A stretch of 64,000 bases of DNA. Source: the human T2T-CHM13v2.0 reference genome, Homo sapiens. Under the pieces are notes generated by a model, which saw only the letters and a program-made list of their open reading frames with translations, was not told the origin of the DNA and did no database searches. The number at the start of each line of letters is the position of its first letter. Positions within the stretch are counted from its first letter, which is position 1. Location of the stretch: NCBI RefSeq assembly GCF_009914755.1, contig NC_060932.1; one strand, given 5' to 3'. Of this stretch, positions 27,015 through 38,206 are shown one piece after another. The position numbers were made by a program, and so were the translations under genes.

Positions 27015-27359
27015 GTAAGAGATACCTACGGTATTCTGTTCCTCAATCTGTAACAAGAGTAATCAAAACATGTGGTAAGACTCATAATAGACTGGTGTGT
27101 TAAATCTCATTGTGAACAAATTAAAAACAGAGAAAGAAAACCAGATGTTTCAAGGATCTTGTATGTCTTTCATAAATTTCTGTACTCTATGAGATTATAT
27201 AGACCTGAAATATACATATATTTTTTACAAAAGGATTTTAATAAGGCCATGAATGGCAGAGATAGGTTGGGTTGCTAAAATATAGGGGCTATACTATTTT
27301 TTTAAGTTGGTCAGTGAGGGCAGTCAAGTCTTTGGCTCTCTGAACAACAGAATACAGTC

Positions 27360-27571
27360 ATATATATATACAGGATATATATACACAATATGTATATATG
27401 CACACAGAATATATGCATATTATGTATTATATATGCGTTATATATGTATATATGTTTACGTATATATAACATATGTATTATATATGTATTATGTATGTAT
27501 TATATATGTATTATATATATTACATATATAATATGCATACATATATAATATGCATATATTCTGTGTGTGTG
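27360..27571. repeat. AT-rich (TA/TATG)n region with 23-bp inverted arms, flanked by 12-bp direct repeats
   Basis: CAGAATACAGTC at 27348-27359 and 27572-27583; arms 27401-27423 and 27545-27567 are perfect reverse complements. Confidence 0.93.
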
Positions 27572-29495
27572 CAGAATACAGTCCTGACTCAATTCTGGCA
27601 ATTTTATTCCCATTACATCTGGCATTAGGTAGTAGAAAGTTAAACCATTAATTTTTTTTAGGCCTATTAATTTTGAAATTAGGACCGTCTTAGAGGCAAT
27701 AAATTTCCTACTAGGAAGAGGCTTCATCTTCAGCTTTGTTCAGAATAGTACCAGGCAATACTTGTTAAACAAATGAATGACTTAGAGGTAAGAAATACAA
27801 TCCACCTCTGACAACTTCTGTGTTATTCCAGGAAATTAAAAGAACCACCCCGATGGCTTTGTGTTTTGTAATAGCCTGATACTCCATGATTTGATGGAAT
27901 CATCTATAGGAGCTGATGATGATGATGACCTAGCAATGCTTCTTTAAACCTTTTAGAATAATCAAATGCTATTTTAAAACCTTTAGTGCTTATTTATTTA
28001 TTTATTGAATTATGGCACTTAACTATTGCCTTTACAAAATTTGTCATCTGTTATATAACCAAGCCTAATTGCATCTTCTTGGTAGGAGATGAGAAAGATT
28101 CTGCATTTCAAAGGCAAGCGCTCTTAAAGTGATAAGGTAAAAATGCCAGGTCAGCACAGGCAGAGTTAAAGTAATTTTAAGGGTTAATTCTATGGGAGGC
28201 TGATGTAGTTTTTGTCACTTGATTCTTCTGTAACATACTAAGAAAGTGAGAAGGGAGATAAAAATCAGAAACAGGGCTGGGAAAATTCAGGTTAATGCCT
28301 CATCCTCTCTGGACTTCTCAAGGATCTGCTCCATCACAGAGTAATCAAAGTTTATCACTTTCATTTTAAATGTCTCCCTCCATAGAGAGTAAAGGAGAGC
28401 AGGGAAAAGGAGTTTCCATTACCATTAGGAGTCCTGTTTATTACAGTTTAAAATGTAAAAGCCATTTAAAATTTATATGAGTAAATATAGCATCACTTTA
28501 TTTTTTAACCAGGGCAGGTTAAGCAATAATAGTTTGCTAGTATTACTTTACCCCACGTAGAATTCTATAGGATGCTACCTGAAACACACATTAAAAAATT
28601 AATTTTAATGGGCTGTTTTTTACTTTCTACTATAACCATTGTTTGAAGCTCGTTCTCCTTAGTTTGTCACTGGCTTGGTTCAGTGTGTTTCCTCATAGTT
28701 AATGGTATTCAATTGTGATTTTTGACACTTGGATTTGATTCGTGTAGCTATGCCACAAAGTCCCAGGAAAATAAAATTAAAGCTAGTGTCATAGTCTCAC
28801 TGAGTGTCTACAGAAGTATCATATTGATTATTCCATGGTTTCTGATTTACAGGATTAAGCAATGAATTATTTACTACTATATTATTCCTGGCAAAAACCC
28901 ATAGAATTCCTTTTTTATTAATTTGGGGGTACTGAAAGTTTGATAATATGGCTTTTTACATTTCTTACATAGGAAAAACAGCTAATTCATTTTTTCCACA
29001 TTAATTCACTGAAGTCTTGGTCTAGTGATCAAATTTGAATATGTAGTGTTGACCAATTATAGGGTAGAGAGATGAAACTCGAGGTGTTTTTGATAATGAG
29101 TCTTTTTTACCTGGCAAGAATAAAGAGAAGTTCATGGAATATTTTAAGTAAATCCTTCTTAAACAACCAACAAAAATTCTTTCAGAAATAGGTTCCTATG
29201 GACTTATGTAATTAAAGCCTCTGAAGAATGAGAATGAAGAGTCTCAATTGCAATGCAAGTTGGCCTTCTTTTTATTCTCTTCTTGGAATGTTAGGAATAG
29301 ATCATCCTTATCCAACCCCTTCATTGTATTAAAAAAGAATAAAAGACAGCATAGAAAACAGACTTACTCAGGATCACAGAGATATTTAACAGCAAAAGGA
29401 GATATGAACCCAGGTTTTTTTTTTTTTGTTTTGTTTTTTTTTTTTTTTTTTTTGCTTCATTCCTACCACAGTGCAGTTCCATCTGTATCTGAAAT

Positions 29496-29834
29496 GTTTT
29501 TTGTGTGTGTTTTCTTTTTTGTTTTTTGAGACAGGGTTTCACTCTGTCACCCAGGCTAGGGTGTAGAGGTGTGATCTTGGCTCACTGCAACCTCTGACTC
29601 CTGGACTGAAGGGATCCTCCCACCTCAGCCCCCTGAGTAGCCAGGTGCATGCCATTACGCCTGGCTAATTAAAAAAAAAAAATTTTGTTTGAGATGGAGT
29701 GTTGCTATGTTGCCCACTCTGGAACTCCTAGGTTCAACTATGTTGCCCACTGTGGAACTCCTGAGTTCAAGAAGTCTACCCACCTTGAACTCCCAAAGTG
29801 CTGGGATTACAGGTGTGAGCCGCTGCGCCCAGCC
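29496..29834 (-). mobile_element. AluJ with internal 33-bp tandem duplication
   Basis: Antisense Alu; duplicated unit 29705-29737 / 29738-29770; flanking CTGTATCTGA repeats. Confidence 0.9.
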
Positions 29835-30872
29835 TTACTCTGTATCTGACTATATGCTTGCAAATGTTTAAGTGAGATTCTTTTGCTTATAAAGAACAGA
29901 AGCTGAAGGAATGGTATGAGGCCTAAGGAGTGAGGGATTCTATGGCGAAGAACTAGAACTTCATTATAACTCAGCCTCGAGGAGATGGAATTGTATGCTG
30001 AGCATCTCTGCGAATTTAAGCAATGCGAGTTTGTGGCTTTTCTCTCTGGTGTTTCTACCTTTAATATGCTTCTGATAGTTTTAACAAAAGTTACCTACCT
30101 TCTCACCTCTCCTACTTTCAGACTCCGCCTCTTTATAATTCCAAACTTTGACCTGTTTCTTGCCCCCACGTGGCCATATTCTTCATGGCAATTTCAGGCA
30201 TTCTTTCAGCTTTAACCTCTATTGTATGATTGTTTCCTTGGTTCCCCAGTGAAATTCCGCAGACCAAGAATCCTATTAGCAAAGTTGATTGTTGCATATT
30301 CATTAAAAGACCTAGAGAACTTACAAATTATCTGCTGTCTGGTCATACGTCCACTGCTGCCTCAACTAGGGAGGGTGGAGCCGGAAACATAGCTGCCCGG
30401 AAGCTCCTCTCTTCAAAGTCTGGGGGTGGAGCATGCAGCTCACCTGGGCCTGTGGCTTGGCAGGCACCATGATTGACAAGGCCAGTTTCCTGTACATTAG
30501 AGGAGATACCCTTTTTGCTCTGCACCTTAGAGTCCTAGTTATAGTGCATCCAGAAGGAAAATATGTAATCATCTTGATCCCTTATCCTCTTCCACTGCTA
30601 TCTAAGAATTTGCTATATTCTGTTCAATGCTTGGTTGTCAAAGAAGCCTCAGTTGGGTTCTGAGCTCTCCGGGGCTTAGATGCACTGCCTTTGTATTGTC
30701 TCATTCCTGTCTCCCTAGGAATCAGGGCAGACGTTGCACAGAAACACTTTTTCTGAGAGAAAAAGGGCACTTTCTACTGGGTTTATAAATTGCCGCACCA
30801 CTGAACCATGTCTTCCTAAATAGATATTTACCGTTGACTTGGGCTGATAGAGAGTAGAATTCTCAAGAATTT

Positions 30873-31293
30873 CCTTCCCTCCCTCCTTCCTTCCTTCCTT
30901 CCTTCCTTCCTTCCTTCCTTCCTTCCTTCCTTCCTTCCTTCCTTTCCCTCCCTCCCTCCCTCTGTCTGTCTCTCTCTCTCTTTCCTTTTTTTTTTTTTTT
31001 TTTAAATGGTGTTTCGCTGTGTCACCTAGGCTGGAGTGCAGTGGCAGGATCTCGGCCACTGCACTGGATTCAAGCAATTCTCCTCCTGGATTCAAGCAAT
31101 TCTCCTGCCTCAGCCTCTTGAGTAGCTGGGATTCTAGACACCCCCCACCACACCCCAGCTAATTTTTGTATTTCTTGTAGACAAGGTTTCGCCATGTTGG
31201 CCATGCTGGTCTCTAACTCCTGACCTCAAATGATCTGCCCACTTTGGGCTCCCAAAGTGCTTGGATTACAGGTGTGAACCATCACACCCGGTC
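30873..31293 (-). mobile_element. AluS with (CCTT)n/(CT)n/poly-T tail
   Basis: Pyrimidine microsatellite 30871-31003, then Alu body; TSD AAGAATTT on both sides. Confidence 0.92.
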
Positions 31294-34200
31294 AAGAATT
31301 TATTGTTTCATTGTGGATTCTAGAAAAAAAAAAAGTTGTTAAAATAAGAACATGCTGTCAAACTATTACATTATGTAGAACTCCCCTTGAGATTTTAATT
31401 TATATTTTCTATGAACTATCAGTCACTTTATTAATTTCATTTTTTCACCTTTTCTATGTATTTCCAAGAAGCTCATGGCTATAGTTTTGAGAATTTCTAT
31501 ACAGGTTTCCTTGATGAATGATCCTTGTAGGTTGCTGCAATCTAATTATCCTAATTTTTTCCTATGCAGAGGATTCCTTGTGATTCACTTAAATTCTCAC
31601 ACAGTTACTTTTTGTATGTTCCAACATGTTTAGAACATATTTTGATACAAGATTCTAAGAGAGATGGGGAGGTTGGGGGAGACATTCGTTGGAAGCTGTT
31701 TACTTTCTCCCCAGATGACCTTGCTGTTTGGCATGATGTTTAATCTCATTAAGGAAGCTATAGTAATTATTAAAATAAAATTAGATCATAAAAGTCTTCT
31801 GCAATGAAACTCATTGTTTAGATCTATCTGGATTAGTGACTAAATATAAACGAAATGATTAAAAAATTAGGAAATTCCCCTTGAAACAGTATATGCTTGG
31901 GTGTAACAGTGGCCATACTTATACTGTTTTCAAGCACTTAGAAAATAATACAGTCAAGCATTTTGCCAACCTACATTTTAGAAATGTAGGTGTTTTCTGT
32001 CTTTTCCAATGCCTTTCAACCCCTACTTTATTCAGAATTAGAGAAAGTAATTTATCCTGTAGTAGACATATATCAACCTATGCAATCTGCTAATTACTTC
32101 TGGGACAATGTAAAGCTTACAAAGACCAGTTGGGTTTTCATATAACAAAGGATCTCATAGGCAGTAATTATGTGATAACTTATGAGTGAATTCCTTTCAT
32201 GAATTCGTATATGACAGCAGAAAAGGCCACATACATCATGTTTACACACCCTACACACTATATGTTCATTTGTATTTGTGGTTTATTTGGCTCAGTCTGT
32301 ATATAGGAAACCTTGACTTAGCAATTAATTCTTAGCTAACAAGCTTTGTGAAAACTCCTGGGCTTTAGAGTAGGGAAGAGAATAATAGACTTTACTGGTT
32401 TCCAAATTAATTAAGTAATGCTTTCTTTTAAAAGATTAATATAGGAAAATATACAACTAATCAATCATATCTTCTCCTAAGTTTTCTTTTTTAATCAGAA
32501 GAAAAATTATTTGAATGAGATTCAAGTTCCCACAGGAGCAATTGGGCTTGTAGCAAAAAAATAGCTGTTTCATTTGAGATGAGCAGAAAAATATTATTTT
32601 TATAAAATTTAATTAAATTATCAATTGCAGCTTTTAAAAATAGACTCATACTGGTAATAGGCTTCGCCTTACCCCCTTTCCCAAATTGATAATGATGTTA
32701 GAAATATTGGGAAACAACCTGCAGTTATGTTGAAAAGCATGTAAAATATGTTTTATAATTTGTATAACAGTCTACATGTATATTGTATTATGTAGGATGC
32801 CCAGGAAGGCAAATACATGAGAACAATATGAAAGCAATAGGGTAGATTTGTCTTTTCAATATATGGTATCCATCCTGTCTACACTGTTTATTAATTTCAA
32901 AATTTCTCAGTTGCCTTAGAGTAAGCATTCATTATGAACAGGAAGAATTCAGGTACTTAAAGATGTTCCTTAAGTTATCTTTATAACTGCTAATAAATAA
33001 ATATGTCCACTTTTAAATCTTTTAAAGAAATCACTTGATCAAAATTTTTGTATGTACAGCAGTGACATATAAGTTTGGTAAAAAAGTCACATAAGTGAAC
33101 GTTGGAATACACACAGACACATTTTATGTATGTTTGTATATACTGTATACAATGTGCATATGTGTATTTTGCTACATAATTATATTTAGTGTATTATGAT
33201 CATGATGAAATTGCAAACATGTTACATTCATAATAATTAGAAAAATTCCTTTCTAGAAGATATCTTTGAGACCATGCAACTTTTTCCTGAGACCAGACCC
33301 CGTTTATTAAGAAAGAATTCAAACATTACAAATATACTAATGTTCATTATGTTTACTTGCCTGTTCAGCATAAGTTGCTCAGCTGTGTTCAGTTTCTGAT
33401 AATTCTAAAACCTCATTAATTTGCACTAATGAAGGGGCTGTCCTTTATAAATTAACAAATGTAATATGCCAAATTACTATGGGAAAATATGTTGCTTAAA
33501 TAAACATCATAAAGATTGCAGGATTTAATGCTTTTTTAAAAGTCTGTAAGTGTAATATAAAATTACTTTCAATTTACTTTTAACAAAAGGCTGTTTTCCA
33601 AATCTATAAATTCTACCCATAGCACACATAAAAATGCTTGCTGAGTGGTTTTAATTAAAAAGATTAACTTTCTTACTAGCAAGATTCTTTTTACAATGAA
33701 GACTCCTTTGGTGTAGAAGTATAGGTTAACTTTTGAGCTTGTATTTCCTCCAGGGTTAATTCAGAAAGTTTGTATTTGAAACCATAATCATTAAAGATAT
33801 TTTAAGGTCTCCAAGATAAATACCTGATTTTAGGAAGAGGAGTTATTTTAAGTTGTCTCTGTGTAGATGCCTCTTTGTAGTAACCTCCTGTTCTGGTATT
33901 TTTAGGTAACATTCAATTAAAAAATGAAACATTATGGTTAACCTTCCCTCTAATCTGAGGTATTTTTTGCTGGAGATAGAAAAGTTCTGATTTTTTTTTC
34001 TTCTTGGAAGGTCACAGTGGACAGCTACTTTGTTTGTCAAAAATAAATTTGAAAAGAGTCTTGATATCCGAATTGGGATTGGGACTTCTGCCCAGCTCTA
34101 GTTGAGCACCTTGGGTTTACGACTTCATCTGGTTGTAATGTCATTGATGAATCCTGAAGGACAAGAGAAGGAAGCATCTCTCTTAGTGTAGGTCCTTTGT

Positions 34201-35828
34201 TTGGAAACATGGCCCTTCTAGATATTTCTAGAGAAGGACACACACTTTGTATCTCTAATATAGTTTCTTTGAGATTACATTTTCTCAAAGAAGAACAATT
34301 TCATTTTCTGCAGCCCAAATCAAGAAAGCTTGTTGGTGCTGCTTCAGAAACAGATATCTTCATATTACCAATTCGGAATATCCTCTTTCTCGCCTGATGC
34401 TTGAGAAAATCCTGAGAAAATGATGTACCCTCACATACTAATTCCTTTCAGTGAGCCCCATTTTTAGTGGATGTAAGAGCCAACGTAGGCAACTTTGATG
34501 TATTGAAACCAAGCTTACTCCTTGCATAGTTTGCCCTCCTAATCTGTGATTAGAGAGGATCATCCACACTTAATTTGCAGCAGAAAGACACATTTGGTCT
34601 TACTAAAGGTTTATTGCTAATCACTTGTTCTTAAACATTGCTGCTGAGTCTCACATGACTTTGTTTCCCTTTCAATTCCACAAAATCTTTTGTCCCTAGA
34701 GAAGCTTCAGAGTTTGAAGAAATATTGGCGCTTAAATTGATTCTGCTTACCTGCTAGACTAGTCCAATCTTGGAAACCCTAAATGGCCATATCTGTATTT
34801 AAAGATGATTATATTAGTAATAAAGTTTTCTACTCCATTATTAACAGAATATTAATTTAAACATAAAATTATATATGACCTGCTTAGGATTCTCGGTTAG
34901 ATCTCATAATTTTTGTACAGTAGATAGTATCGCAGTAGATTCAGCTTATCTTTTGTCCTGGTTAGAAAATGTGAACTACCATTAAGTCATTTGGCAAGAC
35001 TTATGACACAGTGAAACTTGAATGATATACATCATTGCATCTCTACATCTTTCCAGGCTTCATAAAACTGTACCTTTCCAAAAGTGTTAGATTCTGCCAA
35101 ACTGAAGCCCTTTTCAGAACTGAATATGGAATTAGACAGTGTAACTACCCATTCCATCATAAAGGCAGTAAGAAAACAAGTTGAAAGTTTGAATAAGACT
35201 GTCACAATCCTCATGAAAATGATGTATCCAGAAGTATACAGGTTGGATTCATCCTTCATTTCTTTGGGTGGGAGCTGCATACTTACTGCCTGGGTAGCTA
35301 ATGTCTATCATATGATAAGCACCTGTCTTCATTCTCACTGGCAATTTTAAATAGAATTCAATGCCAGAACTTGATGTTTTTCACCAATCCTAATTAGAAA
35401 CATGGCTTACTTTTATTTTTGAACAAAAATGTACTTGTTCAAAGATCTGTAACTTAAAAATTCTTACTACAGCTTGGCAATCCGATAGCTTTGACTTTCT
35501 TAGTTCCCCTATTTCGACTTTTCTTCCTGAGAAGCCTACTGCCTCTTTGACATAAATTCTTCCTCACTGACCCAAGTGGAGGCAGTGAATGCTTCCTAAT
35601 TATTTTAGCACAGCTGATTTTATGCTCTTTGCATAAGAAAGGAGAACTATCAATTTGGACTGTCTTTCTGCATTTCTCACTCTCTGTATGGTTAAAGCCT
35701 GGACTTTTCTCACTCCCTTGCAATACTTCCTTCCTTTACACTTAACTTTTAGTTCCAAGGCAGGCTGTGGTACCTGCTCCCGGCCTCCTGTTTATATATC
35801 ATAATGTCCTATCACCTTTTTTTTTCAG

Positions 35829-35879
35829 AGATCATCACTGGTATGCCAGCCTCAACTGAAGGAGCATATGTGTCTTCAG
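35829..35879 (+). CDS. NRG1: NRG1 exon 4 (51 nt), spacer exon 1
   Basis: T-tract + CAG ending 35828; donor GTAAGG at 35880; encodes EIITGMPASTEGAYVSS; phase 1-1. Confidence 0.97.
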
Positions 35880-35905
35880 GTAAGGAAAATAAGCCTGGCA
35901 AATTT

Positions 35906-35953
35906 TACTAACCAGAATGACAACCATAACTGCTGGCTGCTCCTTCTACTAAT
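35906..35953 (+). promoter_or_regulatory. Candidate QKI splicing-regulatory motifs
   Basis: TACTAAC at 35906-35912 and ACTAAT at 35948-35953, about 27 and 69 nt after exon 4. Confidence 0.45.
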
Positions 35954-36313
35954 CAGAACCCCTTCTGCATCCAGACCTCTCAGCTGCTCTTGTTTTCTGC
36001 TTCAATATTTTTCTCAACCTTGTTCTGTCTTTTTGGATTTTACTTAAGGGAGGATGGTTCTTGCTGTGTCTTCAAACTTAGGCCTGAGAAACATACATGA
36101 GTGAAAGAAATCTATATCTAGGTGCAACTTAATGACATTAAGCAAGTAAAGGAGATATATCTGAGTTACAAGCTCAGTTTTTATGTCTTTCCAGGTGATT
36201 CTCTTAGCTGCCTTCTACTCTTTCACCCCTCAGAGTGTATTCCTGGGTAATTTGTCAACATCTGATCCGTGACCTTTGGGTTTCTAATAATCAGTTGTGG
36301 ATCGCTAAACTTA

Positions 36314-36355
36314 ACAAAACAAAACAGAACAGAACAGAACAAAACAAAACAAAAA
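36314..36355. repeat. (AAAAC/AGAAC)n pentanucleotide repeat
   Basis: ACAAAACAAAACAGAACAGAACAGAACAAAACAAAAC. Confidence 0.9.
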
Positions 36356-36714
36356 GACTTACAGCCTGACATTTAAAAATGCTGTTGTCTTTGTTTTGGT
36401 TGGTTTCTCACTTGCCTGCAGTATTTGCTGATAGCACTTATAGTCTGAGCAGATATTAGCAACTTAGAACCCAACTCTAGCAATGCATATATAACCATAA
36501 TTCATTGATTTCTTCACAAGCTATGAATTTAATCTATCCTCTATGTATTTCATTTTTTAAACTTTTTCTTATTCTTTGTAATTCTATAATTAATAGAGCC
36601 TTAGAACATTTAAAAATTAATCTTTATTTGGAAGAAAATTTTTGAAGACCCAAGATTGGAAATTCATCTCAGAGGTACAATGGTAATTTGGTTTTGCATG
36701 GTGCCTTTTCTTTT

Positions 36715-36880
36715 ACAAAAATTCTTAAATTTCATTTGATAATCACAATAAACTTGTGAAACAAGACATCATTTTTCCTCATTTTACAGATGAGAAAACT
36801 GAAGTATTAGAAATGTTAAGTCATATACCTCAGGAAGTAGAAGAGAAGGTATTTCAAGTTCGATATTCTTTTTATTACTC
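36715..36880 (-). mobile_element. MIR
   Basis: CTCATTTTACAGATGAGAAAACTGAAG core. Confidence 0.75.
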
Positions 36881-38155
36881 CACATTTAATATTTTAGCTT
36901 CATTGAGTTTTTCATTATGGCTGGTACCTTGTTGAAACTATAGAATGACCTATAATCAACATGTCTTTTTCCATCTTACCTCCATCATTTCCTCTTCCCT
37001 TCAAAGCCATTTTTTAAAACCATAAAAGCTAAACATCTCTGTATCCTAGACTACTTTAGCTATATTTAGGACATATTCATATGTCATTACTAAGATATAA
37101 GTGTATGTGTGTTGCGGAATGGTATGATCCTGGAGTCTAAGAGGTTGTTACTCTTCTGAGGAAAGGAAGGAAGGAAAAAAGAGGAAAAGAGAGAGAAAAA
37201 AAGAAAAAAAAATCACATATTCTAAATTTCTTCACCTTTCATTTACACGTTTCTGTAATATAGGGACTTCGTTATCTGACTCCAGTAAATGCCATTAGGA
37301 AAAAAAGAGCTTTTACATTTATATGGAACTTATCTTGGGAAATTGACTATAACTATTATTTCTTAATATGTGACTTGAATCTTGATAACTTTCTGGCTGT
37401 TGACTTTCAATCCTTCTTTGATACTAAGACTTCTTTATTTCTTACTAATGAAAACCCATCCGTTCCATGCTTTTTTCGGCATGAGTCATATTTTTCATTC
37501 TCTCTGTACTTAATGACTGTTTTTTCTTCTTTTATCTTTGCTACCTGAGAAAATCTTGCTACTAGATATCCCCAACTATTGTATGATTTATTTAATTAGC
37601 ATGGTTTGTTTGATCCTAATGTAATTATTCTATTGCTCTAGCAGACTTTGCATGGACTTTTCAGCACTTTCTGGTCCGGATGTTTATGCAGATCCAAGTT
37701 GCCTGGAAATACTCTCAATCTTGTTTGTTTATTTATTTGGCATGCATGAAAATTGGCTTTCACTCTCTTGGAATCCAGGGGCTATTCTCTTTGGTTTCAT
37801 GTTTTCTCAAAATCAAGACCACATCTGAAAGAAGGAATTTTCTTTCTCACCTGTGGTGTGTATCTCCTCAGAGTAGTCTCTCTTGGAAGTTCAGATAATG
37901 CTTGGTGTGTGGGATATTCTTACAGATGGATTGACTCCATTTTCATCCCTTTTAAAAGTCTTTGGGTCTAGACTATGGTAATATTCCTTTGTGGTCTTTG
38001 AGTATTGCATTCTGACTTATAAATGCTTCAGCTTCTCTGTTGCACGGTGTTCTACTACTCTTTTACTAGGCGATACCCAAGCCTGGCAAATTTCTAATTT
38101 ATGAGTCCAAGCAGCATGACTCAATAAAGCCTCATTCCACTTTTATGTTTTATAG

Positions 38156-38206
38156 AGTCTCCCATTAGAATATCAGTATCCACAGAAGGAGCAAATACTT
38201 CTTCAT
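38156..38206 (+). CDS. NRG1: NRG1 exon 5 (51 nt), spacer exon 2
   Basis: TAG ending 38155; donor GTAAGT at 38207; encodes ESPIRISVSTEGANTSS (NTS sequon); phase 1-1. Confidence 0.97.

Noticed and set aside
35032-35350. Overlapping 82-88 aa ORFs with protein-like composition
   Set aside because: No recognisable homology, non-ATG start for the plus ORF, no convincing splice sites; length within chance expectation
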